From the NCBI GenBank assembly GCA_045541535.1, contig JAZQJG010000011.1, positions 11,713 to 75,712 on the forward strand: 64,000 nucleotides of DNA, read 5' to 3'. Each line of letters starts with the position of its first letter. Position 1 is the first letter of the stretch. The stretch comes from Eubacteriales bacterium (GTDB taxonomy: Bacteria > Bacillota > Clostridia > Oscillospirales > QAKW01). This document shows positions 45,507 through 55,100 of this stretch, in pieces. The notes beneath the pieces are model-generated. The model worked only from the letters and a program-made list of their open reading frames with translations, was not told the DNA's origin and ran no database searches. Both the position numbers and the translations under genes were made by a program.

Positions 45507-45520
45507 AAGGTTTGAGGAAT

Positions 45521-47602
45521 ATGGCAAATTTAGTGATCGTTGAGTCTCCGGCAAAGGCAAAAACCATTGAAAAATATTTGGGCAAAAAGTTCAGGGTGGT
45601 TGCTTCTGTCGGTCACGTTCGTGACCTGCCGAAGAGCGAATTCGGCGTAGATATTGACAATAACTTTGCCCCTAAATATATTTCGATCCGTGGCAAAAGT
45701 CAGGTGATCAACACCCTGAAAAAAGAGGTTAAAAACGCAGATAAAGTGTATCTTGCAACCGACCCGGACCGCGAAGGTGAAGCAATCAGCTGGCATCTGT
45801 GTACATTGTTGGGGCTGGATCCTGCGGATAAAAAAAGAATCACTTTTAACGAAATTACCAAAAATGCGGTAAATGCCGCTATCAAAAATCCCACGGTGAT
45901 CGATCTGGATCTGGTCAATGCTCAGCAGGCGCGCCGCGTGCTGGATCGTATCGTGGGCTATAAATTGTCCCCTTTCCTGTGGAAAAAGGTTAAAAAGGGT
46001 CTGTCTGCCGGTCGTGTTCAATCGGTGGCCACGGCGCTGATCGTTGAACGGGAAGAGGAGATCCGTGCTTTTGTTCCTCAGGAGTATTGGAATATGCACG
46101 GCACCTTTACCAAAACCGATTCTACCCGCAAAATGAAGGCACTCTTCTATGGCACCGTAGACGGCAAATTGGATATTCATAACGGGGAAGAGGCCCAGAA
46201 ACTGTATGACGAGATTCTTTCTTCCTCCTTCCACGTAAGTCAGGTCAAAAACGGCACCAAGGCCAAGAGTCCGGCACCGCCTTTCACCACCTCCACCCTG
46301 CAACAGGAAGCCTCCAAACGGCTGAATTTTCAGGCCAGACGGACGATGAAAGCGGCTCAGGAGCTGTATGAAGGTGTGGAGATCGCCGGTGAGGGTCTGA
46401 TCGGTTTGATTACTTATATGAGAACTGACTCTCTACGTATCTCCGACGATGCCGCCGCCGCAGCCAAGGATCATATCATTAACAATTACGGCGCAGAATT
46501 TTATCCTTCTCGCCGTCGTGTGTATAAGACCAAAAAGAGCGCTCAGGACGCACACGAAGCCATTCGTCCCACCACTCTGCATCTCACCCCCGAAGCGGTC
46601 CGTTCTTCTTTGAGCAGTGATCAGTACCGTGTATATAAGCTGATCTATGAACGTTTTATTGCCTCCCAGATGAGTGACGCGGTGTATGATACGGTCAACG
46701 CCACCTTCTCCGACGGCAAATACGTGTTCCGTCTCAACGCACAGAGCCTTAAATTTGCCGGCTATACCAAGGTGTATAACGACGTTGAAAAAAGCGAAAC
46801 CCAGACCAAACTGCCCAAGCTTGCTGAGGGTGATGCATTAAAACTGGTGGAACTGGAAAAGGAGCAAAACTTTACCCAACCGCCTGCCCGCTATACCGAG
46901 GCCTCCTTGATCAAAACCCTGGAGGAATTGGAGGTGGGCCGTCCCTCCACCTACGTGCCCATTATGACCACCATTATCGGTCGTGAATACGTGGAGCGTG
47001 ATGGTAAAAACCTCAAGCCCACCGCTTTGGGTGAGATCACCACGGGCCTGATGAAGGAGCATTTTCCCAATATCGTTGACTGTGATTTCACCGCAAAGCT
47101 GGAAAAGAAATTGGATACCATTGAGGAAGGTAAAAGCCAATGGCAAAAGGTCATTGCTTCCTTCTACAAGGATTTCAGCGTCAGCCTGACGGCGGCCGAG
47201 GATAAGCTGAAGGACGTTCGTCTGAAGGTGCCGGAAGAGGTTACCGAGGAAATTTGCCCCAATTGCGGCAAAAATCTTGTCATCAAAAGTGGCAGATTCG
47301 GTAAGTTTTTGGCGTGTCCCGGTTATCCCACCTGCAAATTTACCAAGGCCATCATTATTGATACCGGCGTTCCTTGTCCCAAATGCGGTGGCAAGATCCT
47401 GCAAAAGCGTTCCAAAGCCGGTAAAACCTATTATGGCTGTGAGCACAATCCCACCTGTGATTTTATGACCTGGGACGTTCCGCAAAAGGAAACCTGCCCC
47501 CATTGCGGCAAAAACCTTTACCGTCGGAACAACCGTTATCGCCAGATCTACTGCGCCAATTCCGCTTGTCCCGGCGCCAAAAAAGATCAGGCAAAGGACT
47601 AA
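45521..47602 (+). CDS. topA: DNA topoisomerase I
   Basis: LVIVESPAKAKTIEKYLG TOPRIM domain, active-site region, three C-terminal Cys4 zinc ribbons. Confidence 0.97.
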   Translation: MANLVIVESPAKAKTIEKYLGKKFRVVASVGHVRDLPKSEFGVDIDNNFAPKYISIRGKSQVINTLKKEVKNADKVYLATDPDREGEAISWHLCTLLGLDPADKKRITFNEITKNAVNAAIKNPTVIDLDLVNAQQARRVLDRIVGYKLSPFLWKKVKKGLSAGRVQSVATALIVEREEEIRAFVPQEYWNMHGTFTKTDSTRKMKALFYGTVDGKLDIHNGEEAQKLYDEILSSSFHVSQVKNGTKAKSPAPPFTTSTLQQEASKRLNFQARRTMKAAQELYEGVEIAGEGLIGLITYMRTDSLRISDDAAAAAKDHIINNYGAEFYPSRRRVYKTKKSAQDAHEAIRPTTLHLTPEAVRSSLSSDQYRVYKLIYERFIASQMSDAVYDTVNATFSDGKYVFRLNAQSLKFAGYTKVYNDVEKSETQTKLPKLAEGDALKLVELEKEQNFTQPPARYTEASLIKTLEELEVGRPSTYVPIMTTIIGREYVERDGKNLKPTALGEITTGLMKEHFPNIVDCDFTAKLEKKLDTIEEGKSQWQKVIASFYKDFSVSLTAAEDKLKDVRLKVPEEVTEEICPNCGKNLVIKSGRFGKFLACPGYPTCKFTKAIIIDTGVPCPKCGGKILQKRSKAGKTYYGCEHNPTCDFMTWDVPQKETCPHCGKNLYRRNNRYRQIYCANSACPGAKKDQAKD

Positions 47603-47605
47603 TAT

Positions 47606-48928
47606 ATGAAAGCAACAGTAATCGGTGCGGGGCTTGCGGGATGCGAGGCTGCCTGGCAACTTGCAAACCGCGGCGTTTCCGTCACCTTGTATGAAATGAA
47701 GCCGTCCCGTCGCAGTCCGGCCCACAGTTCGGATCATTTTGCCGAATTGGTATGTTCCAATTCCTTGCGGGCAGACGGTCTTGCCAATGCAGTAGGGTTG
47801 CTGAAAACCGAGATGCGACGGCTGGATTCCTTGATTATGCTGGCGGCAGATGCTACTGCCGTACCGGCCGGCGGCGCCTTGGCGGTGGACAGAGAGGCTT
47901 TTTCGGCGATGATCACCGAAAAGATCCGTAATCATCCCCACATTACCGTGGTGGAGCAGGAGGTAACCGAACTGCCCGACGGTCCCGTTGTGGTGGCCAG
48001 CGGTCCCCTTACCTCCGATGCCCTCAGTCACGCCATTGGCAAAAGACTCGGTAAGGACTATCTGTATTTCTTCGATGCCGCCGCTCCCATCGTCACGGCA
48101 GAGAGCATCAATATGGACGTGGCGTTTTTCGCTTCCCGTTACAATAAGGGCACGCCCGACTATATCAACTGTCCCATGGATCGGGAACAATACACGGCCT
48201 TTTATAATGAGCTTATCACCGCCAAGCAGGCACCGTTGCACGAATTTGACAAGGATCAAAAGGTGTTTGAGGGCTGTATGCCCGTGGAGGTTATGGCCAA
48301 AAGAGGGGAGCAGACGTTGCTGTTCGGCCCTCTAAAGCCTGTGGGTCTGGTGGATGATCGCACCGGCAAGCGCAGTTATGCCGTGGTACAATTGCGCAAG
48401 GATAATGCGGAAGGCTCACTCTATAATATCGTCGGTTTTCAGACCCATCTCACCTTTGGTGAGCAAAAAAGGGTGTTTTCTATGATCCCCGGTCTTGAAA
48501 ATGCGGAATTTGTCCGTTACGGTGTGATGCACCGCAATACCTATATTCATTCTCCGGGTCTTATGTCGCCCTTCTATTCTTTAAAGGATGCAAGAGACAC
48601 CTTCTTTGCCGGACAGATGACCGGTGTGGAGGGGTACGTGGAGAGCGCCGCCAGCGGTCTGGTGGCAGGCCTCAATCTTGCTCGCCGTTTGCAGGGGAAG
48701 GAAGAGATTTTGTTCCCTAAGGAAACGGCATTGGGCGCACTGGCGCAGTATATCAGTGATGACACGGTGGCTGATTTTCAGCCGATGAACATCAATTTCG
48801 GTATCATCGCGTCTTTGGAGCAACGAATCAAAAACAAGCAGGAGCGGTACACGGCGATCTCTATGCGGGCGCTGGGCGTACTGGATGAGTATATCCGAGA
48901 TTATGCAATCAAGGAGGATTTACAATGA
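47606..48928 (+). CDS. trmFO: methylenetetrahydrofolate--tRNA-(uracil54-C5)-methyltransferase TrmFO
   Basis: [19 protein letters not shown] motif and the Gid/TrmFO pattern; dprA-topA-trmFO synteny. Confidence 0.95.
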   Translation: MKATVIGAGLAGCEAAWQLANRGVSVTLYEMKPSRRSPAHSSDHFAELVCSNSLRADGLANAVGLLKTEMRRLDSLIMLAADATAVPAGGALAVDREAFSAMITEKIRNHPHITVVEQEVTELPDGPVVVASGPLTSDALSHAIGKRLGKDYLYFFDAAAPIVTAESINMDVAFFASRYNKGTPDYINCPMDREQYTAFYNELITAKQAPLHEFDKDQKVFEGCMPVEVMAKRGEQTLLFGPLKPVGLVDDRTGKRSYAVVQLRKDNAEGSLYNIVGFQTHLTFGEQKRVFSMIPGLENAEFVRYGVMHRNTYIHSPGLMSPFYSLKDARDTFFAGQMTGVEGYVESAASGLVAGLNLARRLQGKEEILFPKETALGALAQYISDDTVADFQPMNINFGIIASLEQRIKNKQERYTAISMRALGVLDEYIRDYAIKEDLQ

Positions 48929-49923
48929 AAATTGCAGTAGATGCTTTCGGCGGGGATCACGCCCCGTTGGAGATTATCAAGGGCTGCGCCCAAGCGGTGG
49001 AAGAGCTGGGCGTAGAGATCGTTTTGGTCGGTGATGAGGAGATCGTCAAAAAGACGATTGCCGACAACGCCATCTGCGACAAAAACTTTTCCTATCTGCA
49101 CGCTGAGCAGATTATTTCCATGGAGGATGATCCTATGGCCGTTATCCGTGCCAAAAAGAATTCCTCTATGTCTCTGGCTCTCAAAATGGTCAAAAACGGA
49201 GAGGCGGACGCTGTGGTATCCGCCGGTAACAGCGGTGCCTTGCTCATCGGTGCCACAATGATCGTAAAGCGGATCAAGGGCATCAGCCGTGCGGCTCTTG
49301 CCCCCGTAATGCCCACCGACACCGGCACCGTTATGCTCATTGACAGCGGTGCCAACGTGGAATGTACGCCCGAATATCTGGAACAATTCGGCATTATGGG
49401 CAGCATTTATATGAAGGAAATGTTTGATCTTAAGGCTCCCCGTGTGGGCTTGCTCAATAACGGTACCGAGGAATGCAAGGGGCCTGAACTGCAAAAGGCC
49501 GCCTTCCAACTGCTCAAAAACAATGATACCCTGAACTTTGTGGGAAACGTGGAGGCCAGAGGTCTGGCGCTGGGCGATTGTGACGTTGCCGTTGCGGACG
49601 GCTTTACGGGTAATATTGCCCTCAAGACCTACGAGGGCGTGGGCAAACTGATGGCAAAGAATATCAAGGCGCTGTTCAAGGGCAGTGTGTTTGGTATCAT
49701 CGGCGCCCTGTTTATCTACGGTAAACTCAAAGCGTTCAATAAAAAAATGGACTACAAGGAGCACGGCGGCGCGCCCCTTCTGGGCGTTTGCGGCCCCGTA
49801 ATCAAGGCCCATGGCTCCTCCGATGCCCGTGCCTTTAAGAATGCCATCCGACAGGCCGTTCATTTTTATCAAAGCGGCATCATTGACAAAATTACTGAAA
49901 ATCTTGCCAAAAATGCTGAATAA
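48925..49923 (+). CDS. plsX: phosphate acyltransferase PlsX
   Basis: [14 protein letters not shown]; ATGA overlap with trmFO. Confidence 0.95.
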   Translation: MKIAVDAFGGDHAPLEIIKGCAQAVEELGVEIVLVGDEEIVKKTIADNAICDKNFSYLHAEQIISMEDDPMAVIRAKKNSSMSLALKMVKNGEADAVVSAGNSGALLIGATMIVKRIKGISRAALAPVMPTDTGTVMLIDSGANVECTPEYLEQFGIMGSIYMKEMFDLKAPRVGLLNNGTEECKGPELQKAAFQLLKNNDTLNFVGNVEARGLALGDCDVAVADGFTGNIALKTYEGVGKLMAKNIKALFKGSVFGIIGALFIYGKLKAFNKKMDYKEHGGAPLLGVCGPVIKAHGSSDARAFKNAIRQAVHFYQSGIIDKITENLAKNAE

Positions 49924-49992
49924 TTCTTGACAATTTGAAGCATTATTTATATTATATAAGCAAGAATACCAATCAGGAGGGAGGTTGTATTT

Positions 49993-50214
49993 ATGAACAA
50001 TCTTGAGAAGTTGAGAGGCATTATCGCCGATCAGTTGAGTATTGATGAGGCTATCATTACCGAGGATACCGCTTTGGAAGATCTGGGTGCAGATTCTCTG
50101 GCACTGGTTGAACTGGTAATGAGCGTTGAAGAAGAGTTTGAGATCGAGATTCAGGACGAGGATATGGAGAACTTTAAAACCGTCGGTGACGTGCTCGATT
50201 ATATTGAAAAATAA
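49993..50214 (+). CDS. acpP: acyl carrier protein
   Basis: [19 protein letters not shown] (phosphopantetheine attachment Ser in DSL). Confidence 0.9.
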   Translation: MNNLEKLRGIIADQLSIDEAIITEDTALEDLGADSLALVELVMSVEEEFEIEIQDEDMENFKTVGDVLDYIEK

Positions 50215-50222
50215 TAAAATAT

Positions 50223-50255
50223 AGGGCGTCATCCTGACGCCCTTCATTTATATTT
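50223..50255 (+). terminator. hairpin terminator after acpP
   Basis: AGGGCGTCA/TGACGCCCT stem followed by TCATTTATATTT. Confidence 0.6.
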
Positions 50256-50285
50256 CGGACAATAGGTCCGAAGCAGGAGTGTATT

Positions 50286-50969
50286 ATGCAATTTGCGGAG
50301 TTTGAACAACGGATCGGGTATACCTTTCAGAATAGGGCGCTGTTTGATAACGCTATGTGCCATTCTTCCTATGCCAATGAGCATCGGTTGGGACATATCG
50401 GTTGTAATGAACGTCTTGAATTTTTGGGGGATTCCGTCCTCGGATTTCTTACAGCCAGGTATTTATACGAAACCTTTCCGAATAAGCCGGAAGGGGAACT
50501 GACCAAAATGCGTGCCGCCCACGTTTGCGAAGGCGCCCTTTGTGCCTATGCGGAAAAGATCGGGCTGGGAGAAATGTTATTGTTGGGTCGCGGAGAAGAA
50601 CTGGGTGGCGGTCGGACCCGCCCCTCCATTCTGGCTGACGCCTTTGAGGCGTTGTTGGCGGCTATTTATCTGGATGGCGGCCTTGCGCCGGTGGAACGCT
50701 TTTTGCTCCCGTTGATCCGGGAACATCTGGCCACTGACAGCACTGATTTCAAAACGGCGTTACAGGAATACGTACAGCAAAAACCGGGCAGGGAGATCAG
50801 TTACCGTTTGTTGGGCTCCGTCGGTCCCGATCACGAAAAAGTATTTTCTGTTGCCGTATTGTTGAACGGTCGGGAAATCGGAGCAGGTGCAGGAAAGAGT
50901 AAAAAAGAAGCGGAACAGATGGCGGCCAAGGGCGCATTGGAAGGTCTGAAGAACAATGCGCAGTGGTAA
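50286..50969 (+). CDS. rnc: ribonuclease III
   Basis: NERLEFLGDSVL signature plus a C-terminal dsRBD. Confidence 0.95.
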   Translation: MQFAEFEQRIGYTFQNRALFDNAMCHSSYANEHRLGHIGCNERLEFLGDSVLGFLTARYLYETFPNKPEGELTKMRAAHVCEGALCAYAEKIGLGEMLLLGRGEELGGGRTRPSILADAFEALLAAIYLDGGLAPVERFLLPLIREHLATDSTDFKTALQEYVQQKPGREISYRLLGSVGPDHEKVFSVAVLLNGREIGAGAGKSKKEAEQMAAKGALEGLKNNAQW

Positions 50970-51951
50970 TTTTGCCTTGTTTATCCCTTTGCAGGGTTGC
51001 CCTCATCGCTGTATATATTGTGATCAACGGAAAATTTCCGGAGAAGATGAAATGTCACCGCAAAAAGCCGGTGACATTTTACGATTACAGATGCCTTTAT
51101 GGCAGCAAAAAGGAATGAAGGGGCAAATTGCCTTTTTCGGCGGCACCTTTACGGGACTGCCCAAGGAGGAAATGCTGGCATATCTGGCGGTAGCGGCGCC
51201 GTATATTAAAAACGGCGCTGTTAACGGCATTCGCATTTCCACCCGCCCCGATGCCATTGACGATGAGATTTTAACCTTACTTGCCGAGCACGGTGTTACC
51301 CATATTGAATTAGGAGTGCAGAGTATGGATGATGAGGTTCTTCGTCGCAGTGGGCGGGGATACACCGCATCCGAGGTGGTAAAAAGCGCCACACGGATTC
51401 GGGATCGTGGCTTTGTACTGGGAATGCAGTTGATGCCGGGACTACCGGGGGATACACTGGAAAAGAGCCTATACAGTGCAAGACAAGTGATCGCCCTCGG
51501 CGCAGAAGAAACAAGGCTGTATCCCACCGTTGTAATTAGGGGGACTCCTCTGGCTACTCTATGGGAGAAAGGGGAGTATCATCCCTTGACAACAGAGGAC
51601 GCCGTCACCTTATGCGCACGGTTGAAATCCGAATTTGAGCATAGCGGCGTCCGTGTGCTGAAGGTGGGTCTACATAGCGGGGCCGTGGAGCAGGACGTAT
51701 TGGCCGGTCCCTTTCATCCCGCCTTCGGTCAGTTGGTAGACAGTCGTATCTGTCTGGATCAAATGGCTTCGTTCTGTCAGGAAAACAGCTTACAAAATAC
51801 CGAACTTTTCGTTGTGCCGCAACGCTATGATACCTCGGTGATTTTGGGGCAACGTCGTTCCAATGTAACGACAATGATGGAAAATTTTGGAATTTCCTTA
51901 AAAATTTCAAAAAAAGTGTTGACAAACGGAAAGAATTCTATTATACTATAG
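50956..51951 (+). CDS. radical SAM protein (ELP3/HemN-like family, function unassigned)
   Basis: CPHRCIYC CxxxCxxC cluster near the N-terminus; overlaps the rnc stop by 14 nt. Confidence 0.75.
   Translation: MRSGNFALFIPLQGCPHRCIYCDQRKISGEDEMSPQKAGDILRLQMPLWQQKGMKGQIAFFGGTFTGLPKEEMLAYLAVAAPYIKNGAVNGIRISTRPDAIDDEILTLLAEHGVTHIELGVQSMDDEVLRRSGRGYTASEVVKSATRIRDRGFVLGMQLMPGLPGDTLEKSLYSARQVIALGAEETRLYPTVVIRGTPLATLWEKGEYHPLTTEDAVTLCARLKSEFEHSGVRVLKVGLHSGAVEQDVLAGPFHPAFGQLVDSRICLDQMASFCQENSLQNTELFVVPQRYDTSVILGQRRSNVTTMMENFGISLKISKKVLTNGKNSIIL
51919..51947 (+). promoter_or_regulatory. sigma-A promoter of the reverse rubrerythrin gene
   Basis: TTGACA (51919-51924), 17 nt, TATACT (51942-51947), inside the 3' end of the radical SAM gene. 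Confidence 0.55.
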
Positions 51952-51987
51952 TCAAACAATAACAATTATCAATAAGGAGAAAATACT

Positions 51988-52575
51988 ATGAAAAAATTTG
52001 TATGTTCTGTTTGTGGTTACGTTCACGAAGGAGATGCTGCTCCCGAAAAGTGTCCGGTATGCAAAGTTCCTGCCGAAAAGTTTAAAGAAATGCAAGAGGG
52101 CGCAGCTCTCGCTGCTGAGCACGAGTATGGCATTTATGCCAAGACCGTAAAGAATAACCCCGATATCAGCGCCGAGGATAAACAGTACATCTTTGAGCAA
52201 CTGATGGCCAACTTCAATGGTGAGTGCTCCGAGGTGGGTATGTATCTGTGTATGGCTCGTATTGCCCATAGAGAGGGCTATCCCGAAATCGGTCTGTATT
52301 GGGAAAAGGCCGCTTGGGAAGAGGCTGAGCACGCTGCCAAGTTTGCTGAATTGCTGGGCGAGGATCTGGAGCCCAATATGAAGGCTACCACCAAGGACAA
52401 TCTGGCTTGGAGAGTAGACTGTGAATACGGTGCCACCGCCGGCAAGACCGATCTGGCGATCTGTGCCAAGAAGAACGGCTTGGATGCAATCCACGATACT
52501 GTCCATGAAATGGCCCGCGATGAAGCAAGACACGGCAAGGCACTGGAAGGTCTGCTGAACAGATATTTCAAATAA
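51988..52575 (+). CDS. reverse rubrerythrin (N-terminal rubredoxin, C-terminal diiron ferritin-like domain)
   Basis: N-terminal [10 protein letters not shown]...CPVCK followed by E...EAEH diiron helices. Confidence 0.85.
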   Translation: MKKFVCSVCGYVHEGDAAPEKCPVCKVPAEKFKEMQEGAALAAEHEYGIYAKTVKNNPDISAEDKQYIFEQLMANFNGECSEVGMYLCMARIAHREGYPEIGLYWEKAAWEEAEHAAKFAELLGEDLEPNMKATTKDNLAWRVDCEYGATAGKTDLAICAKKNGLDAIHDTVHEMARDEARHGKALEGLLNRYFK

Positions 52576-52593
52576 GTTCATCCTTTAACAAAA

Positions 52594-52624
52594 AAGGGCA
52601 CTCACTTTGAGTGTCCTTTCTTTA
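52594..52624 (+). terminator. intrinsic terminator after reverse rubrerythrin
   Basis: AAGGGCACTC/GAGTGTCCTT stem plus a T-rich tail. Confidence 0.7.
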
Positions 52625-52689
52625 TATGTCTTGTGTAGTTATATGAGTTGTGGTATAATGTGAGCAATAATAACAAATAGAGGTATACA

Positions 52690-53156
52690 ATGATCAAAGC
52701 AGTAATATTTGATATGGACGGACTGATGTTTGATACGGAGGTCATATATAAAATTGCGTGGACGCAGGCAGCCGCTAAAAAAGGTTATCAACTGGATGAT
52801 GAAAAGCATTCTTATTTACGGGGCAGTAACGGTGTAATGCAAAAGGGACACTTCGTTCGTTGGTATGGGGAAGATGTGCCATTTGATGAAATTAAGGCGG
52901 ATTGCAGAGCGTATATGGTGGAATATCTCAGCACCCACGATATTCCCATCAAAGCGGGTTTGTTTGAATTGCTCAATACTTTGAAAGAAAAGGGGTATAA
53001 AATCGCCGTTGCCACCGGCACTCAACGACATAATGCGATCCGCTGGTGGAAAAAAGCGGGCGTATACGACTATTATGGAACAACCCAGCGACGAAATTCG
53101 TTCTTTGTGTGATCATGTGTTTTCGTCTTTGCATCAGGTGATTGGCATTTTATAAA
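52690..53156 (+). pseudogene. HAD-IA (beta-phosphoglucomutase-like) hydrolase, apparently disrupted by an internal out-of-frame deletion
   Basis: Motif I FDMDGLMFDTE and motif II VATGT are present. The frame stops at 53112. A typical HAD C-terminal tail (EIRSLCDHVFSSLHQVIGIL*) continues in another frame to 53156. The motif III Lys / motif IV DD segment is missing. Confidence 0.55.
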
Positions 53157-53160
53157 AGAA

Positions 53161-53196
53161 AATGACCGTGTCGTTTGACACGGTCATTTGAGTTTT
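53161..53196. terminator. bidirectional terminator between the HAD remnant and ppiB
   Basis: 12-bp stem AATGACCGTGTC/GACACGGTCATT with flanking A/T tracts. Confidence 0.75.
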
Positions 53197-53713
53197 AGTA
53201 GGTTTCCGGTTCGGGATATTCTTCACCAAAAGTTTCAACGGTGACCTTCAGCATCTTTTGATCGCGGATGGGCTTGTCCATCATATTAACGTCCACTTCG
53301 GCAATGTCCATTGCCACGTCCATGCCTTCAATCAGTTTGCCAAAGCCGGCGTAGTTACCGTCCAAAAATCCGGCGTCGCCCACACAGATAAAAAACTGAC
53401 TGCCGGCAGAATTGGGATCCTGCGCTCTGGCCATAGAGAGAACGCCCTCGCTGTGGTGCAGGTCGTTAGCAATGCCGTTGGCATTAAATTCGCCTTCAAT
53501 GCTGTAACCGGGGCCACCCATACCGGTGCCGGTGGGGTCGCCGCCCTGGATTACAAATCCCGGAATACAGCGGTGGAAGATAATGCCGTCAAAAAAACCT
53601 TTTTTAATTAGAGAAATGAAGTTGTTGACTGTATTGGGGGCAATCTCCGGATACAGCTCAGCCTTCATGATATCTCCGTTTTCCATTTCAATGGTTACGA
53701 TTGGATATGCCAT
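53195..53713 (-). CDS. ppiB: peptidyl-prolyl cis-trans isomerase, cyclophilin type
   Basis: FHRCIPGFVIQGGDP...GSQFFI cyclophilin motifs. Confidence 0.93.
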   Translation of the reverse strand: MAYPIVTIEMENGDIMKAELYPEIAPNTVNNFISLIKKGFFDGIIFHRCIPGFVIQGGDPTGTGMGGPGYSIEGEFNANGIANDLHHSEGVLSMARAQDPNSAGSQFFICVGDAGFLDGNYAGFGKLIEGMDVAMDIAEVDVNMMDKPIRDQKMLKVTVETFGEEYPEPETY

Positions 53714-53897
53714 TTGACTAATCTCCTTTGTATGAATTGGTTAGAGTATACCATAACGGAAGGGGACAAGGCAAGAAGAAATGCAACAAATTAAAAAGTT
53801 TTTTGAAAATCACAAGTGAGAAAATAAAAGAAAACAAAAGAAAAACGTCAAAAACAGAAGCAATTGATTTATATTTTTAAAAAATAAACAAAATCTC

Positions 53898-53926
53898 TTG
53901 ACATTGCGCCTGTTCTATTCTATAAT
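53898..53926 (+). promoter_or_regulatory. perfect consensus sigma-A promoter of rplM-rpsI
   Basis: TTGACA (53898-53903), 17 nt, TATAAT (53921-53926), preceded by an A-rich UP-like region. Confidence 0.65.
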
Positions 53927-53970
53927 AAGCAAGGTCAAAAAGGAATATTATTTTAGGAGGATATTTTACA

Positions 53971-54399
53971 ATGTCTACTTTTATGAAGAAAATTGAAAAT
54001 GTAGATCGTAAATGGTACATTGTTGATGCTGCTGACAAGACCTTGGGTAGTGTTGCAGTTCAGGTTGCTACCATTTTGAGAGGTAAGCACAGACCCGATT
54101 ATACCCCCCACTGCGATGGCGGCGATTGTGTAATCGTTCTCAATGCTTCCAAGATCGTTCTGACCGGTAAAAAGCTGGAGGACAAGTACTATCGTCATCA
54201 CACCGGCTGGATCGGCGGTCTGAAAGAGATCAGCTATGGCGATCTGATGGCCACCAAGCCCGAAAAGGCTGTTGAACTGGCTGTTAAGGGTATGCTGCCC
54301 AAGAACAAGATTGCTGACAAGTGCATGACCAGACTCAGAGTTTTCAAGGATGACAAGCACAATCTGGAAGCTCAGAAGCCTGAAATTTTTGTGAAGTAG
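53971..54399 (+). CDS. rplM: 50S ribosomal protein L13
   Basis: [14 protein letters not shown]...HTGWIGG. Confidence 0.97.
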   Translation: MSTFMKKIENVDRKWYIVDAADKTLGSVAVQVATILRGKHRPDYTPHCDGGDCVIVLNASKIVLTGKKLEDKYYRHHTGWIGGLKEISYGDLMATKPEKAVELAVKGMLPKNKIADKCMTRLRVFKDDKHNLEAQKPEIFVK

Positions 54400-54412
54400 G
54401 AGGAACGGAATT

Positions 54413-54811
54413 ATGTATAACAACGAAGCTTATTTCTATGGCACCGGCAGAAGAAAATCTTCCGTTGCTCGTGTTCGTCTGCTGCCCGGTACCGGTAAGG
54501 TTACCATCAATGGCAGAGATATTGATGAGTACTTTGGTCTGGAGACCCTTAAGACCATCTGCCGTCAGCCCCTGACTCTGATTGGCGCTGAAGGCAAGTA
54601 TGATATGATCGTTTCCGTTACCGGCGGCGGTGTTACCGGCCAGGCCGGTGCAATTCGCCACGGTGTTGCCAGAGCTCTGCTCGAGGCTGATGAAACCCTG
54701 CGCCCTGAACTCAAGAAGGCCGGTTTCCTCACCCGTGACCCCAGAATGAAGGAAAGAAAGAAGTACGGCTTAAAGGCTGCCCGTCGCGCTCCTCAGTTCT
54801 CCAAGAGATAA
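54413..54811 (+). CDS. rpsI: 30S ribosomal protein S9
   Basis: [14 protein letters not shown]...[11 protein letters not shown]-terminus. Confidence 0.97.
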   Translation: MYNNEAYFYGTGRRKSSVARVRLLPGTGKVTINGRDIDEYFGLETLKTICRQPLTLIGAEGKYDMIVSVTGGGVTGQAGAIRHGVARALLEADETLRPELKKAGFLTRDPRMKERKKYGLKAARRAPQFSKR

Positions 54812-54857
54812 CAATTTTATCACAAGCACCGTCTTCGGATGGTGCTTGTATTTTTTT
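54782..54857 (+). repeat. direct repeat copy 1: last 30 nt of rpsI plus its UUCG-loop terminator
   Basis: CGTCGCGCTCCTCAGTTCTCCAAGAGATAACAA...ACAAGCACCGTCTTCGGATGGTGCTTGT plus a T-tract. Confidence 0.9.
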
Positions 54858-54953
54858 GCGATGGGCAGCCGTATTGTCATCCCCGAGCGGTTGCTCCGAA
54901 AGGGGCGAGCGAGTGGGGACAAAAAAGCATCGCGCACCGAAGGTGGATGCGCA

Positions 54954-55026
54954 CGTCGCGCTCCTCAGTTCTCCAAGAGATAACAAACTTATTACAAGCA
55001 CCGTCTTCGGATGGTGCTTGTTTTTT
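54954..55026 (+). repeat. direct repeat copy 2 (172 nt downstream): pseudo-3' end of rpsI plus a second identical terminator
   Basis: A 33-nt block and a 28-nt block are identical to copy 1. There are three substitutions in the 7-nt segment between those two blocks. Confidence 0.9.
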
Positions 55027-55035
55027 GATAAAAAA

Positions 55036-55064
55036 TTGACTTTAAATATTTTTTTTGATATACT
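55036..55064 (+). promoter_or_regulatory. sigma-A promoter of coaX
   Basis: TTGACT, 17 nt, TATACT (55059-55064). Confidence 0.5.
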
Positions 55065-55100
55065 ACAAACTATAAATAAGAGAGAAAGGAGGAAGAAAAG

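Noticed and set aside
46838-50247. Two long minus-strand ORFs (473 aa and 448 aa) antisense to topA/trmFO and plsX/acpP.
   Set aside because: They lie opposite highly conserved housekeeping genes and are shadow ORFs. The same reasoning applies to 19439-20785, 33551-34594, 59524-60588, 10838-11920, 31831-32781 and 825-1364.
51950-51987. Looked for a PerR/Fur-type 7-1-7 palindrome upstream of the two rubrerythrin genes.
   Set aside because: I found only a tandem AACAAT direct repeat at 51955-51975 and no convincing TTATAAT-N-ATTATAA-like inverted repeat at either gene. I therefore do not call a PerR box.
54782-55026. Considered whether the direct repeats could be a minimal CRISPR array or a MITE with target-site duplication.
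   Set aside because: There are only two copies. The repeat consists of gene 3' end plus terminator sequence. There are no terminal inverted repeats in the 96-nt insert, and a duplication of about 75 nt is far too long for a transposase target-site duplication.
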